Origin: Holophagales bacterium
GTDB taxonomy: Bacteria > Acidobacteriota > Thermoanaerobaculia > Multivoradales > UBA5704
Assembly: GCA_031390755.1 (NCBI GenBank)
Contig: JANMTS010000035.1
Span: 28,758 to 92,757 of the forward strand
Length of the DNA: 64,000 bases
Direction of reading: 5' to 3'
Part shown: positions 35,821 through 44,725 of the stretch, one piece after another
How the letters are laid out: every line of letters begins with the position of its first letter
Numbering within the stretch: the first letter of the stretch is position 1
The notes under the pieces: model-generated
What the model was told of the DNA's origin: nothing
The model's database searches: none
The model's input: only the letters and a program-made list of their open reading frames with translations
Made by a program: the position numbers and the translations under genes

Positions 35821-36806
35821 CTATTGCGCCGCTGCCCCTGCCTCTCGAAACCGCCGCACCACCTCCGCCACCGGCAAGATCTCCTCGATCCCCTCCACGC
35901 TCCGGCCTGCCTGGAGATAGTCCTTGTAGGAGAACGAGCGCAGCGACGAGCGCTTCAGCTTCCAGAGGGATTGGAGCGAGTAGATCATCCTATCCAGTGC
36001 TTGGTTCTGCGGCCCTTGAGCATCCAGCGGCCGAGCGGGCCGGCCTTCGTGCCCAGCCTCTCGATGTAGGGCGTGCGGATCACCGAGACCGGCACGCCGG
36101 TCATGCGCTCGGTGAGGACGATGTCCGACTCCCGGGCCTTGAGAATGGCCTGCTTGTAGTCGGGGTGGGCCGTGCATTCCGCGGTGGCGATGAAGCGGGT
36201 GCCCATCTGGACTCCGGCATAGCCCATGCGCAGGGCGCTTACGAAGCCCTCCTCGTCGCCGATGCCGCCGGCGCAGACCACGGGCACGCCGAGATCGTGA
36301 AGCTCGGCGTAGAGCTCCTCGATCCCCTTGGTCCCGGCGTGGCCGCCGGCCCGGTTGTTCACCGCGATGAGGCCGTCGACTTGCGCTTCCAGCCCCTTCA
36401 TCGCCCAGCGGCGGTCGGTCACGTCGTGGTAGACGCGGCCGCCCGCGGCGTGGGCCTTCTCCACCACCCAGCGCGGGTTTCCGAGCGAGGTGACGAAGAA
36501 GCGGATGCCCTCTTCGATGGCCGTGTCCACGTAGCGCTGCATGCGCTCCTCGTAGACCTTGGAGGAGCGCTCGACGATCACGTTCATCCCCACCGGTTTC
36601 GTGGTGAGGCTGCGGATGAGCCGGATTCCGGCGCGCAGCTCGTGGCCGTGGACGTAGACGAGGGAGAGGGGCTGGAGGACGCCGATGGCCCCCGCCTCTG
36701 AGGCGGCGGCCACCAGCTCCGGGTTGCTGCAGGGGTACATCGCACCGCACACGATCGGCACCTCGATGCCGAGCTGCGCGGTGAGCGCAGTCTGGAGTTG
36801 GGACAT
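35821..36806 (-). pseudogene. Nitronate monooxygenase (NMO/2-nitropropane dioxygenase family) with an apparent -1 frameshift near 36005-36012 (C-run)
   Basis: N-terminal 273 aa lie in one frame (..IVCGAMYPCSNPELVAAASEAGAIGVL.., ..GGIGDEEGFVSALRMGYAGVQMGTRFIATAEC..) ending RWMLKGRRTKHWIG*. The protein-like C-terminus (QNQALDRMIYSLQSLWKLKRSSLRSFSYKDYLQAGRSVEGIEEILPVAEVVRRF) lies in the -1 frame. Restoring one C in ggcc(c)gcag rejoins them. It could also be a sequencing error. Confidence 0.6.
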
Positions 36807-36816
36807 GCGGAGGAGC

Positions 36817-37101
36817 TTACCGCTCTACCGTCACTCCGCGCCAGAAGGCGATGTAGTTCTTGATCGTCGAGGCCGCAGGCTTGGGGTCCGGATAGAACCA
36901 GGCGGCGTCCCGGTTCTCGTCGCCGTCCACCATCAGTGTGTAGTACCGGGCCGTCCCCTTCCAGCCGCAGCAGGTGGTCGTTCCGCTGGGCTTCAGGTGC
37001 TCGGGGCGGAGGGCATCCGGCGGAAAGTAGACGTTGCCTTCCATCACATGGTAGCGATCGGACTCGGCGATGACCTTCCCCTTCCAGAGAGCTCTGGGCA
37101 T
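36817..37101 (-). CDS. DUF427-domain protein (paralog 1)
   Basis: 94 aa with the conserved CCGWKGTARYY and AAWFYPDPKP blocks. Confidence 0.7.
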   Translation of the reverse strand: MPRALWKGKVIAESDRYHVMEGNVYFPPDALRPEHLKPSGTTTCCGWKGTARYYTLMVDGDENRDAAWFYPDPKPAASTIKNYIAFWRGVTVER

Positions 37102-37234
37102 GACACGTTCCTCCCTAAAACAATCATCAAAAAAGATAAGATCCCCGTAGCGGGGTGACTACTCTATAGGTGCAGCGAGGAGCCCAAACCGGGGCACCCG
37201 ACCTGGGAATACCCTCAAGAGGGAACACCTTAGA

Positions 37235-38536
37235 ATGCACACAATGAATCGTGAGCTTCTCCTCGAACGATACCGAGCCACCCGCAACCTGACGCTCGAC
37301 CTCTGCCGCCCTCTCCGCGCGGAGGACTACCGCATCCAGTCCATGCCGGACGTCAGCCCGCCGTGGTGGAATCTCGGCCATACCACCTGGTTCTTCGCCA
37401 AGAACGTCCTCGAGCCGTTCGGCCGCTATCTGCCGGAGGACGCCCGGCTCGAATTCGTCATGAACTCCTACTACGAGGCCCTCGGACCGCGCATCCAGCG
37501 CGACCACCGCGGCCTCGTCTCGCGGCCGACCAACGACGAGGTCTACCGCTTCCGCGAGTCGGTCGACGCCCGCATGGAGGAGCTGATCCGCGGCGCCTCC
37601 GAGGACGACCTGCCGCAGCTCGAATTCCTCGTCGTGACGGGCGTCCAGCACGAGCAGCAGCACCAGGAGCTGCTGGTCACCGAGATCAAGCACATCCTGG
37701 GCAGCAACGGTCCGGAGATGCGCGAGCCCTACCGGGAAGCAACGGCTGAGCCGCACAAGGCTCCAGAGGCCAGTTGGGTGTCGTTCGAGGGCGGGCTGCA
37801 GGAGATCGGCAACCTGGACGGCGGCTGGTGCTGGGACAACGAGGTGCCGATCCACAAGGCCTGGCTCGACGGCTTCCGCCTTCTCAACCGGCTGGTCACG
37901 AACCGGGACTACCTGGAGTTCATGGAGGACGGCGGTTACACCAATCCGCTCCTCTGGCTGTCGAACGGCTGGGCCAGGGTTCGCGAGCACGACTGGACCG
38001 CTCCGCTGTACTGGGAGAAGGATGGAAACGGCTGGCGGTCGTGGACGCTCTCCGGCACGCGCGCGGTTGATCCCGACGAGCCGGTCTGCCATGTGAGCTT
38101 CTACGAGGCCGAGGCCTATGCCCGCTGGAAGGGCGCGCGCCTGCCCACCGAGCGCGAGTGGGAGCACGCGTCGCGGGTCGCGGGGTTTCCCGGCAAAAGC
38201 GCTGGCAAGGACGCGGGCAAGGACGCCAACTTCCTCGACACCGGCGCCCTGCACCCCCGGGCTCCCCGCGGAGACGCCGACGGCTCGCTCGTCCAGATGG
38301 GCGGCGACGTCTGGGAGTGGACGACCAGCCACTACGAGCCCTATCCCGGCTACCGGCCGTTCGAAGGCGTCCTGATGGAGTACAACGGCAAATTCATGGA
38401 CAATCAGAGGGTGCTGCGCGGCGGCTCGTGCGCCACGCCGGCCAATCACATCCGCGCCAGCTACCGGAACTTCTGGCCCGCCGACGCCCGGTTCCAGTTC
38501 ACGGGCATCCGGCTGGCGAAGGACGGAGGCGAATAG
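37235..38536 (+). CDS. egtB: EgtB-like non-heme iron sulfoxide synthase (DinB_2 + FGE-sulfatase fold; ergothioneine/ovothiol-type)
   Basis: 433 aa. DinB-like N-terminal domain with NLGHTTWFF and VTGVQHEQQHQELL (His metal ligands). C-terminal FGE-like domain VSFYEAEAYARWKGARLPTEREWEHA, GDVWEWTTSHYEPYPGY, RGGSCATP. No egtD/egtC is adjacent. Confidence 0.65.
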   Translation: MHTMNRELLLERYRATRNLTLDLCRPLRAEDYRIQSMPDVSPPWWNLGHTTWFFAKNVLEPFGRYLPEDARLEFVMNSYYEALGPRIQRDHRGLVSRPTNDEVYRFRESVDARMEELIRGASEDDLPQLEFLVVTGVQHEQQHQELLVTEIKHILGSNGPEMREPYREATAEPHKAPEASWVSFEGGLQEIGNLDGGWCWDNEVPIHKAWLDGFRLLNRLVTNRDYLEFMEDGGYTNPLLWLSNGWARVREHDWTAPLYWEKDGNGWRSWTLSGTRAVDPDEPVCHVSFYEAEAYARWKGARLPTEREWEHASRVAGFPGKSAGKDAGKDANFLDTGALHPRAPRGDADGSLVQMGGDVWEWTTSHYEPYPGYRPFEGVLMEYNGKFMDNQRVLRGGSCATPANHIRASYRNFWPADARFQFTGIRLAKDGGE

Positions 38537-38598
38537 CGAGGCCAATAGCGAGGGAAACAGCGCGGTCTGTCCGTCTAGAGTCCCCAAGGGGGTAGCCG

Positions 38599-41451
38599 AT
38601 GCCCGATTCTCCGGAGCCGAAGTCGAAGCCGATCGCCATGGTGGAGGGCTCCGGCCCCCTGCTTTCGCTGTTCGACCGGGCCTATCCCAAGGCGCTCCGG
38701 GACGAGGAAGAGACGATCCTCAAGGCCCGCCGCAGGCAGGCCGGTCTCGGCGCCGATCCCGTCGATCCTGCGGGCCGGCTGGGTGTGGGCCTCTCGGGCG
38801 GCGGCATCCGGAGCGCCACCTTCTGCCTCGGCCTCTTCCAGGCCATGGCCCAGCGCTCCGGGCTGCTGCGCCGGATCGATTTCCTCTCCACCGTCTCCGG
38901 CGGCGGCTACTTCGGCACCTTCTACGGCCGCCTCCTCACCCGCGGCTTCGTCAAGGACGCCGACCACGCCGAGAAGATCCTCCGCGGCGAGGAGGACCCG
39001 GGCGTCCTCAAGTACCTCCGGGAGAACGGCCGCTATCTCTCCCCGAACGGCTCGGGCGACATGCTCCTGGGCGGCGCGGTGCTGCTGCGCAACTGGCTGT
39101 CGATCCACGTGGTGCTCGCGATCTCGGCCCTGGCACTCTGCCTCGGCCTTCAGGTGCCGCGCGCCCTGCCGGCCCTCGCCGGCATCGTGAAGCCTCTGGA
39201 ATCCATGGCGGCGGAGCTGCCGCTCTCCGCCTCGATCTGGTGGAGCCCCTACTCCATCCTCCCGCTGTTCGTCTTCCTGTTCGCGGCGATCCCGATCGGC
39301 TGGGCCTACTGGCTGGTGCGGCCCGTCGGCCAGTCGATGAGCGCGGGGACCGGACGGGAGTCGGTGTGGCCCTCCTGGCTGGCCTGCGTGGCGGCGCTGG
39401 CGCTGGGCATCGCGCTGCCCTACTTCAACCTGGATCTCAACATGCCGGTGGTCTGGCACGGCGTGGCCGCCGTAGCCGGGGCCACGATCGTGTGGCGTTT
39501 CCTGGCCTTTCTCCAGCGTGTCCGGGATCCCGCTGCCGTGCCGGACCCGGACGCAGGTGCCAGGCGCGACTCCCAGGCCGCGCGGGACTTCAAGGCCGAA
39601 GCGTCGAAGGACAAGGAAAGGGTGTCCTGGAAGCTGTTCGTCAATGCAACGATCCGCCACCGGCTGTCCCTCTGGGTAACCCGCGCCCTGCTGCTGTCCG
39701 CCGGGCTGTTCGCCGTGGCCCTGGTCGACACCCTGGGCCAGAGCCTGTACGTGACGCTCCGCAAGTCGGGCGCCGCCGGCCTCTCGCTCGCCGGGATCTT
39801 CGGCGCGCTCACGACCTTCGCGGGCTTCGCGCGGCGCATCGTCGTGATGTTTTCCGGCGGCAAGCGCGACCGTCCGCCGGTCCCCCTGAAGCTCGTGGCC
39901 ACGGTCGTGGCGCTGCTGCTGGCCGGTTTCTACCTGGTCACGATCGACGCGGCGGCGCACGCGATCGCCTGGACGTTCCACATTCCGCTCGACGCCCCGG
40001 AAGCGCTCCGGCCCGCCGCGGCCACGGCCGCCGAGCTCGGAGCCGTCAGGTATCCTCCGGCGGCCTTCGTGGGCTTCCTGGCCAGCCTGGGGCTGGCGTT
40101 CCTGTTCGGCAAGACGTTCTCGTTCATCAACAACTCGTCCCACAACCAGCTCTACTCCTCGCGCCTGTGCCGCGCCTACCTCGGAGCCTCCAACGAAGCC
40201 CGTTGGAAGCGCGGCCGGGGCGTGACAGAGGTTCTGCGGGACGACGACTGCGACGTCGCCACCTACTGGCCGCCGCTCGAAGCGAACGCAGCGCCGCTCC
40301 ACCTGATCAACGTCACGATCAACGAGACCGTGGACGGCCGGTCCCAGGTCCAGCAGCAGGACCGCAAGGGCACGGGCCTGGCGATCGGGCCTTGCGGCAT
40401 GAGCGCCGGCATCGAGCACCACGCGGTGATCGCCTTCGGCAAGCCGAAGAACACCGACCCCTTCGGCCAGCCGGTCAAGGTGTATCCCGAGATCAAGGAC
40501 GACAAGCGTCCTCCCTACCGCGTGTTCGAGTACAAGGGGGAGGACGGCAACGAGCGCTTCCGCGGCGAGCCGCTGCCCGTCGGCTCCTGGGTCGGCATCT
40601 CCGGCGCGGCGTTCTCGACCGGGACCGGCTACCGCACGAGCCTGGGGCTGAGCCTGCTCGCCGGCCTCGCCAACGTGCGGATCGGGCGCTGGTGGGATTC
40701 CGGGGTCCGGCGCGGAAAGCACTCGCACTCGCTCATGGCGACCCGCGTCGAGCGGTTCCTGGCGAAGATCTTCCCGGTCCAGATCTACCTGCTCGACGAA
40801 TTCTTCGCCCGCTTCCCGGGGACGGCTCGACAGTACTGGTATCTGTCGGACGGAGGGCACTTCGAGAACATGGGAGGCTACGAGCTGATCCGCCGGCGCC
40901 TGCCCCTGATCGTGATCGTGGACGCCGAACAGGATGCGGACGCCAACTTCGAGGGCATGGCGAGCCTGATCCTCAAGGCCCGGCTGGACTTCGCGGCGGA
41001 GATCGAGTTTCTTAGCGATACCCAGCTCGACGGCATAACCCGGCCCGAGATCCAGGCCATCCGGCGGCACCTGGGGCCGCTCGACAAGCTACGCCGCGGG
41101 CGCTGGGAGGACGGCAAGCTGGGCGAAGTCGACCGCGCGGGGTACTCTCTGGCCCACGCGGCGCTCGCCCGCGTCACCTACCGGTTCCCCGACCAGGAGT
41201 CGTGGCTGCTCTACATCAAGCCGACCCTGACCGGGGACGAGTCCGCCGATGTCCTCAACTATCACAAGGCCCATCCGGACTTCCCCCACGAATCGACGGG
41301 GGACCAGTTCTTCGACGAAGCGCAGTGGGAGAGCTATCGCAAGCTGGGAGAGCACATCGGGGCGCTGCTGGTCGCGGGGATGCCAGTCGTCCCGACGCCT
41401 CCGGCCGGGCCGGCACCCGCTACCAACCCTCCGTCCCCGGCTCACCCTTGA
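38599..41451 (+). CDS. Patatin-like phospholipase-family protein with a large polytopic membrane insertion between the catalytic Ser and Asp motifs
   Basis: 950 aa. Oxyanion-hole motif GLSGGGIRSATFCLG. Nucleophile motif STVSGGGYFG (GxSxG) near residue 110. About 8 hydrophobic helices span residues about 150-500. The Asp motif YLSDGGHFENMGGYELI comes near residue 755. Confidence 0.7.
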   Translation: MPDSPEPKSKPIAMVEGSGPLLSLFDRAYPKALRDEEETILKARRRQAGLGADPVDPAGRLGVGLSGGGIRSATFCLGLFQAMAQRSGLLRRIDFLSTVSGGGYFGTFYGRLLTRGFVKDADHAEKILRGEEDPGVLKYLRENGRYLSPNGSGDMLLGGAVLLRNWLSIHVVLAISALALCLGLQVPRALPALAGIVKPLESMAAELPLSASIWWSPYSILPLFVFLFAAIPIGWAYWLVRPVGQSMSAGTGRESVWPSWLACVAALALGIALPYFNLDLNMPVVWHGVAAVAGATIVWRFLAFLQRVRDPAAVPDPDAGARRDSQAARDFKAEASKDKERVSWKLFVNATIRHRLSLWVTRALLLSAGLFAVALVDTLGQSLYVTLRKSGAAGLSLAGIFGALTTFAGFARRIVVMFSGGKRDRPPVPLKLVATVVALLLAGFYLVTIDAAAHAIAWTFHIPLDAPEALRPAAATAAELGAVRYPPAAFVGFLASLGLAFLFGKTFSFINNSSHNQLYSSRLCRAYLGASNEARWKRGRGVTEVLRDDDCDVATYWPPLEANAAPLHLINVTINETVDGRSQVQQQDRKGTGLAIGPCGMSAGIEHHAVIAFGKPKNTDPFGQPVKVYPEIKDDKRPPYRVFEYKGEDGNERFRGEPLPVGSWVGISGAAFSTGTGYRTSLGLSLLAGLANVRIGRWWDSGVRRGKHSHSLMATRVERFLAKIFPVQIYLLDEFFARFPGTARQYWYLSDGGHFENMGGYELIRRRLPLIVIVDAEQDADANFEGMASLILKARLDFAAEIEFLSDTQLDGITRPEIQAIRRHLGPLDKLRRGRWEDGKLGEVDRAGYSLAHAALARVTYRFPDQESWLLYIKPTLTGDESADVLNYHKAHPDFPHESTGDQFFDEAQWESYRKLGEHIGALLVAGMPVVPTPPAGPAPATNPPSPAHP

Positions 41452-41932
41452 AAGGGCCGACGACGTCTTTCGTGATCCACCCCCCGTAGAAGCCGCCGGG
41501 CTGGGGGGTGACCCGCTCGCCGTCCACGAAGCAGGCCTCCATGAGGCCCGGGTAGAAGGCGACATGGTTCTGCAGCTCCTCGAACATCCGGGTGGGCTGC
41601 TCATAGAACCAGGCCGCCGACTTGACGCGGACGCCGTTCACGTCGATGTCGTAGTAGTGGGTCAACCCCTTCCACTCGCACCAGCTCGCATCCTCGTTCT
41701 CCCGGAAGAATTCCTTGCGGATGTCCTCCGGCGGGATGTACCAGACGGGCGGGTGGCTCGTCTCCAGCACGCGCCTGGCCCGGCGCGTCTCGGCGATCAG
41801 CACGCCGTTGAACCAGACCTGGACGTGGCGGGAGCTGGCCTCGGTCCGCGGCGGACGGGGGTAGTCCCAGACGGATTCCTGGCCTGGCGCGGGCTCGATG
41901 GGGACGGGAACGGGGATCGGCTGGTGTCTCAT
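41420..41932 (-). CDS. DUF427-domain protein (paralog 2)
   Basis: 170 aa with WCEWKGLTHYYDI and AAWFYEQP. Its 3' end overlaps the patatin gene 3' end by 32 nt (convergent). Confidence 0.7.
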   Translation of the reverse strand: MRHQPIPVPVPIEPAPGQESVWDYPRPPRTEASSRHVQVWFNGVLIAETRRARRVLETSHPPVWYIPPEDIRKEFFRENEDASWCEWKGLTHYYDIDVNGVRVKSAAWFYEQPTRMFEELQNHVAFYPGLMEACFVDGERVTPQPGGFYGGWITKDVVGPFKGEPGTEGW

Positions 41933-43083
41933 GGGACGCCGATTCTATGGGAAGTCGAGGAGAGGTCGAGGAGAGGAAGACCGCAGTCGTCGCACGAGCC
42001 CGCCTCGGTCGACTCCGTGCCGCAGACGGGGCACCACGCCGCGGCCCCGGGGTCCTTCCGGGGCGGCGCTGCCAGGGCCTCCGCTTCGCTGACCTCGAAG
42101 CGCGCGAGCAGAGCCAGCGTCGCCTCGCGCCGGGCTTCCCAGTACCTGCGCCAGTACCGGCTCCAGTCCCCTTCCCCGCGTTCGGCGGCCACGGCCGCGC
42201 CGTGAAGCTCGGCCCGCGCCATGGCCACGAAATCGCCTTTCTTCAGGAGGAGCGCCGCGGCGACCAGGGGATCGACGCCCACGAACAGATCGCGCGACAG
42301 GGCGGCCAAAGCCCGGACCGCAGCCACCGGCGAGAACATCATGTGGAGCAGCGAAGGCCGGCGCGGGAGAATCCCCTGCCGGCAAAGATCCGTGCCGATC
42401 CTCGTGGTGGCCACGAGCACGGCCCCGTACAGCAGGAAGATGCCGGTCAGCAGCGGCAGAAGGAGGCGATCCGGACGGGGATGGACGTAGAGGACCGCCG
42501 GCAGAAGAAGAAGCAGCAGCACGAACAGCCCCCAGCCGAGGATGCGGAGAAACTCGGTCGTCTCCCGGAGCTTTCCGAGACGGGTTTCCGCGGAGGCGGC
42601 GTCGAAGGCTTTTGCGCGGTGTCGGTCGAGCCGTTGGCTCCGGGCCGCGGGCGCCAGGGGCCGAAGCTCCGCCAGCAGCTCGGTGAAGTCCTGGGCATGC
42701 GCCCTGGACGGAAACTTCAGCCTGCCCGCCCCCGGCTGATCCCGCAGAGCCCGCAGATGGACGGTGCCCTCCTCCAACTCCGTCGACGCCTTCTCGTAGC
42801 CGAGGCGGACCCAGCGGCCGGGATCGTAGAGGGCGCCGCGAGAGGCCTCCGCGTCGGGCACGTGGAGAGCGTCCTCCGTCGCGATGACGACCGGCCCGGG
42901 GACGGAGACGGCGAAGTCGAACGGCAGGAAGCCGGCCAGGCGGACGCCGCGGCCCTCGGCCTTGCGCCATCCCCAGGGCCAGCGCACGAACAGCAGGTTT
43001 CGCGCGCCGACCCAGGCGAGGCCCTCGGCGAGATAGAGGATGACGAGGACCGGGAGCAGGTCCTTGAGAACGGCCAGCAGCAT
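41929..43083 (-). CDS. Hypothetical integral membrane protein with C-terminal zinc-ribbon (CPVCG..CDDCG)
   Basis: 384 aa with several hydrophobic segments. The alternative-frame ORF 41945..42970 is rejected as Arg/Gly-rich GC noise. Confidence 0.5.
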   Translation of the reverse strand: MLLAVLKDLLPVLVILYLAEGLAWVGARNLLFVRWPWGWRKAEGRGVRLAGFLPFDFAVSVPGPVVIATEDALHVPDAEASRGALYDPGRWVRLGYEKASTELEEGTVHLRALRDQPGAGRLKFPSRAHAQDFTELLAELRPLAPAARSQRLDRHRAKAFDAASAETRLGKLRETTEFLRILGWGLFVLLLLLLPAVLYVHPRPDRLLLPLLTGIFLLYGAVLVATTRIGTDLCRQGILPRRPSLLHMMFSPVAAVRALAALSRDLFVGVDPLVAAALLLKKGDFVAMARAELHGAAVAAERGEGDWSRYWRRYWEARREATLALLARFEVSEAEALAAPPRKDPGAAAWCPVCGTESTEAGSCDDCGLPLLDLSSTSHRIGVP

Positions 43084-43117
43084 GACCAGCAGTATGAAGT
43101 GTCGCGCTACGACGGCG

Positions 43118-44020
43118 CTACGGCGCGATCGGGGTCTCCGAGTCCTGGCTCCTGCCGCCGAACAGGCGCTTGATCCCGGCTCCCAGCGCGGCGACGGCGA
43201 GCACCACGAGCTTCCAGCCCTTCGCCAGGAACTTGCCGATCACGGCAAAGAGACCCATCTTCGCTGCTGCCGCGCCGGCGCCGCCGGCCACCAGGGCGGT
43301 GAGGCCGTACTCGGCGACCTTGTCGCCGGGCAGCCATTCCGCGTACCGGCCGCCCTGATCGAAAGAGAACCCGGCGAGCAGCGACTGCACGTGCGGCAGG
43401 TCCGCGGCCAGCGCCTGCGGGTCGGTCACCAGCGTCGCGGAGACATAACCCCGGCGGCCGAGGAGGCGGACGTCGTAGTTGACCAGTGCCGACTCCCCGC
43501 CCTTGCCTTCGATGGCCCAGACCAGGTTGTTCGTGCGGCTATCATAGTGCGGCTTCTCGAACCAGCCGGTCACGTGAACCGGATCGGAGCCCATCTTCTG
43601 GCGCTCCTCGTTGGCGGCCTCGGTTCCTTCCTGGATCGACTTCAGGAGAGCGTCCGCGTCGATCTCGTCCTTCTCGTCGACCTAGACGTAGCCGACCTCC
43701 TGGAACTCGAACACCAGGAACCAGCTCTTCGACTCCTCGGCCGGAGCGATCAGGCCGATCTCGGTGTCGGTCGGCGGGTTGCCGGTCATCTCCATGATCT
43801 TCTTGGTCTCCGCCTTGTCGGCGAAGAGGTAACCCTCGGGGACCTTGATCGTGGCCAGGCCGTTTCCGAGCTGGGCGGTGGTGGGCCCGGGGATCCACTG
43901 GATCGGCTGGCCGGGATCTTCCGAGGTTTCCTGGGCGGACACCCCTGCCGTGAGGCCCCCAACCAGGACCGCCAGGATGACGAGGACGACAGGCAGACAA
44001 CGCAGCATTCTGAGGCTCAT
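43118..44020 (-). pseudogene. Membrane-anchored protein (DUF2167/COG4929-like?) interrupted by an in-frame TAG at 43682..43684
   Basis: The two track ORFs (43682..44074 and 43118..43594) are in the same frame. Read-through gives ..FEFQEVGYV*VDEKDEIDADALLKSIQEGTEAANEERQKMGSDPVHVTGWF.. There is an N-terminal signal/TM and a C-terminal TM (LFAVIGKFLAKGWKLVVLAVAALGA). A single AAG/CAG to TAG change would explain it. Pseudogene versus error is unresolved. Confidence 0.5.
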
Positions 44021-44185
44021 GAATACATCTCCTATGTTCGGGGACGAAGGCCCTTTCCTCGGAGTGTCGAACAACCGGAATTGATTTCGCTCATCCTAGC
44101 ATGCGGGTTCCGGCCGGGGCTCTCATGAAATAATCCGCGCGAACCCGCCGGCACCGGCAGGGATCGGCCCGAAAAGGAGCGGCAC

Positions 44186-44584
44186 GTGAGCAAGCGCAGA
44201 AATGTCCAGAGCGGCGCGCCCTGGGAGTCGGTCGTCGGATACTCGCGGGCCGTGCGGGTCGGCCCCTTCATCCACGTCGCGGGAACCACCGGCCTCGACC
44301 AGTCCGGCCAGATCAGCGCCCCCACCGACGCCTACGCCCAGACCGTCCAGGCGATCAAGAACATCGAGACCGCCCTGGAGAAGGCCGGCGCCACGCTCGC
44401 CCACGTGGTCCGCACGCGGATCTACGTCACCAACATGGACGACTGGCAGAAAGTCGGAGAGGCCCACGGCGCCTTCTTCCGGGACATCCGCCCCGCCTGC
44501 ACCCTGGTCGAGGTCAGCCGCCTGATCTCGCCCGACATGCTGGTGGAGATCGAAGCCGACGCCGTCCTCGACGAGCTCGTCTGA
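44186..44584 (+). CDS. ridA: RidA/YjgF-family reactive-intermediate deaminase
   Basis: 132 aa with typical blocks [41 protein letters not shown] and [11 protein letters not shown]. Confidence 0.75.
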   Translation: MSKRRNVQSGAPWESVVGYSRAVRVGPFIHVAGTTGLDQSGQISAPTDAYAQTVQAIKNIETALEKAGATLAHVVRTRIYVTNMDDWQKVGEAHGAFFRDIRPACTLVEVSRLISPDMLVEIEADAVLDELV

Positions 44585-44664
44585 TCGGCTCACGGCGGCC
44601 CCGGGAAACCATGCAGACCCCGGCGCTCCCGCATCGACCTGCTCGACGAGATCCAGAGCGAAGG

Positions 44665-44720
44665 CTCCCTCCCCTCGCCGCGCGAGGGGAGGGTTGGGGA
44701 GGGGAGAATGGGATCAATCC
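44665..44720. repeat. REP-like element family 1 copy (hairpin ctcccctcg..cgaggggag + GGGGAGAATGGGATCAATCC)
   Basis: Lies in the convergent spacer between ridA and the PHP-LTD gene. It shares its 3' half with the 1378..1436 element. Confidence 0.5.
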
Positions 44721-44725
44721 GCCCG

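Noticed and set aside
38575-41070. 831-aa minus-strand ORF
   Set aside because: Antisense to the patatin-like gene. Arg/Gly/Pro-rich with no motifs.
41945-42970. 341-aa alternative-frame ORF inside the 41929-43083 gene
   Set aside because: Arg/Gly/Pro low-complexity. The other frame has hydrophobic helices and a Zn-ribbon.
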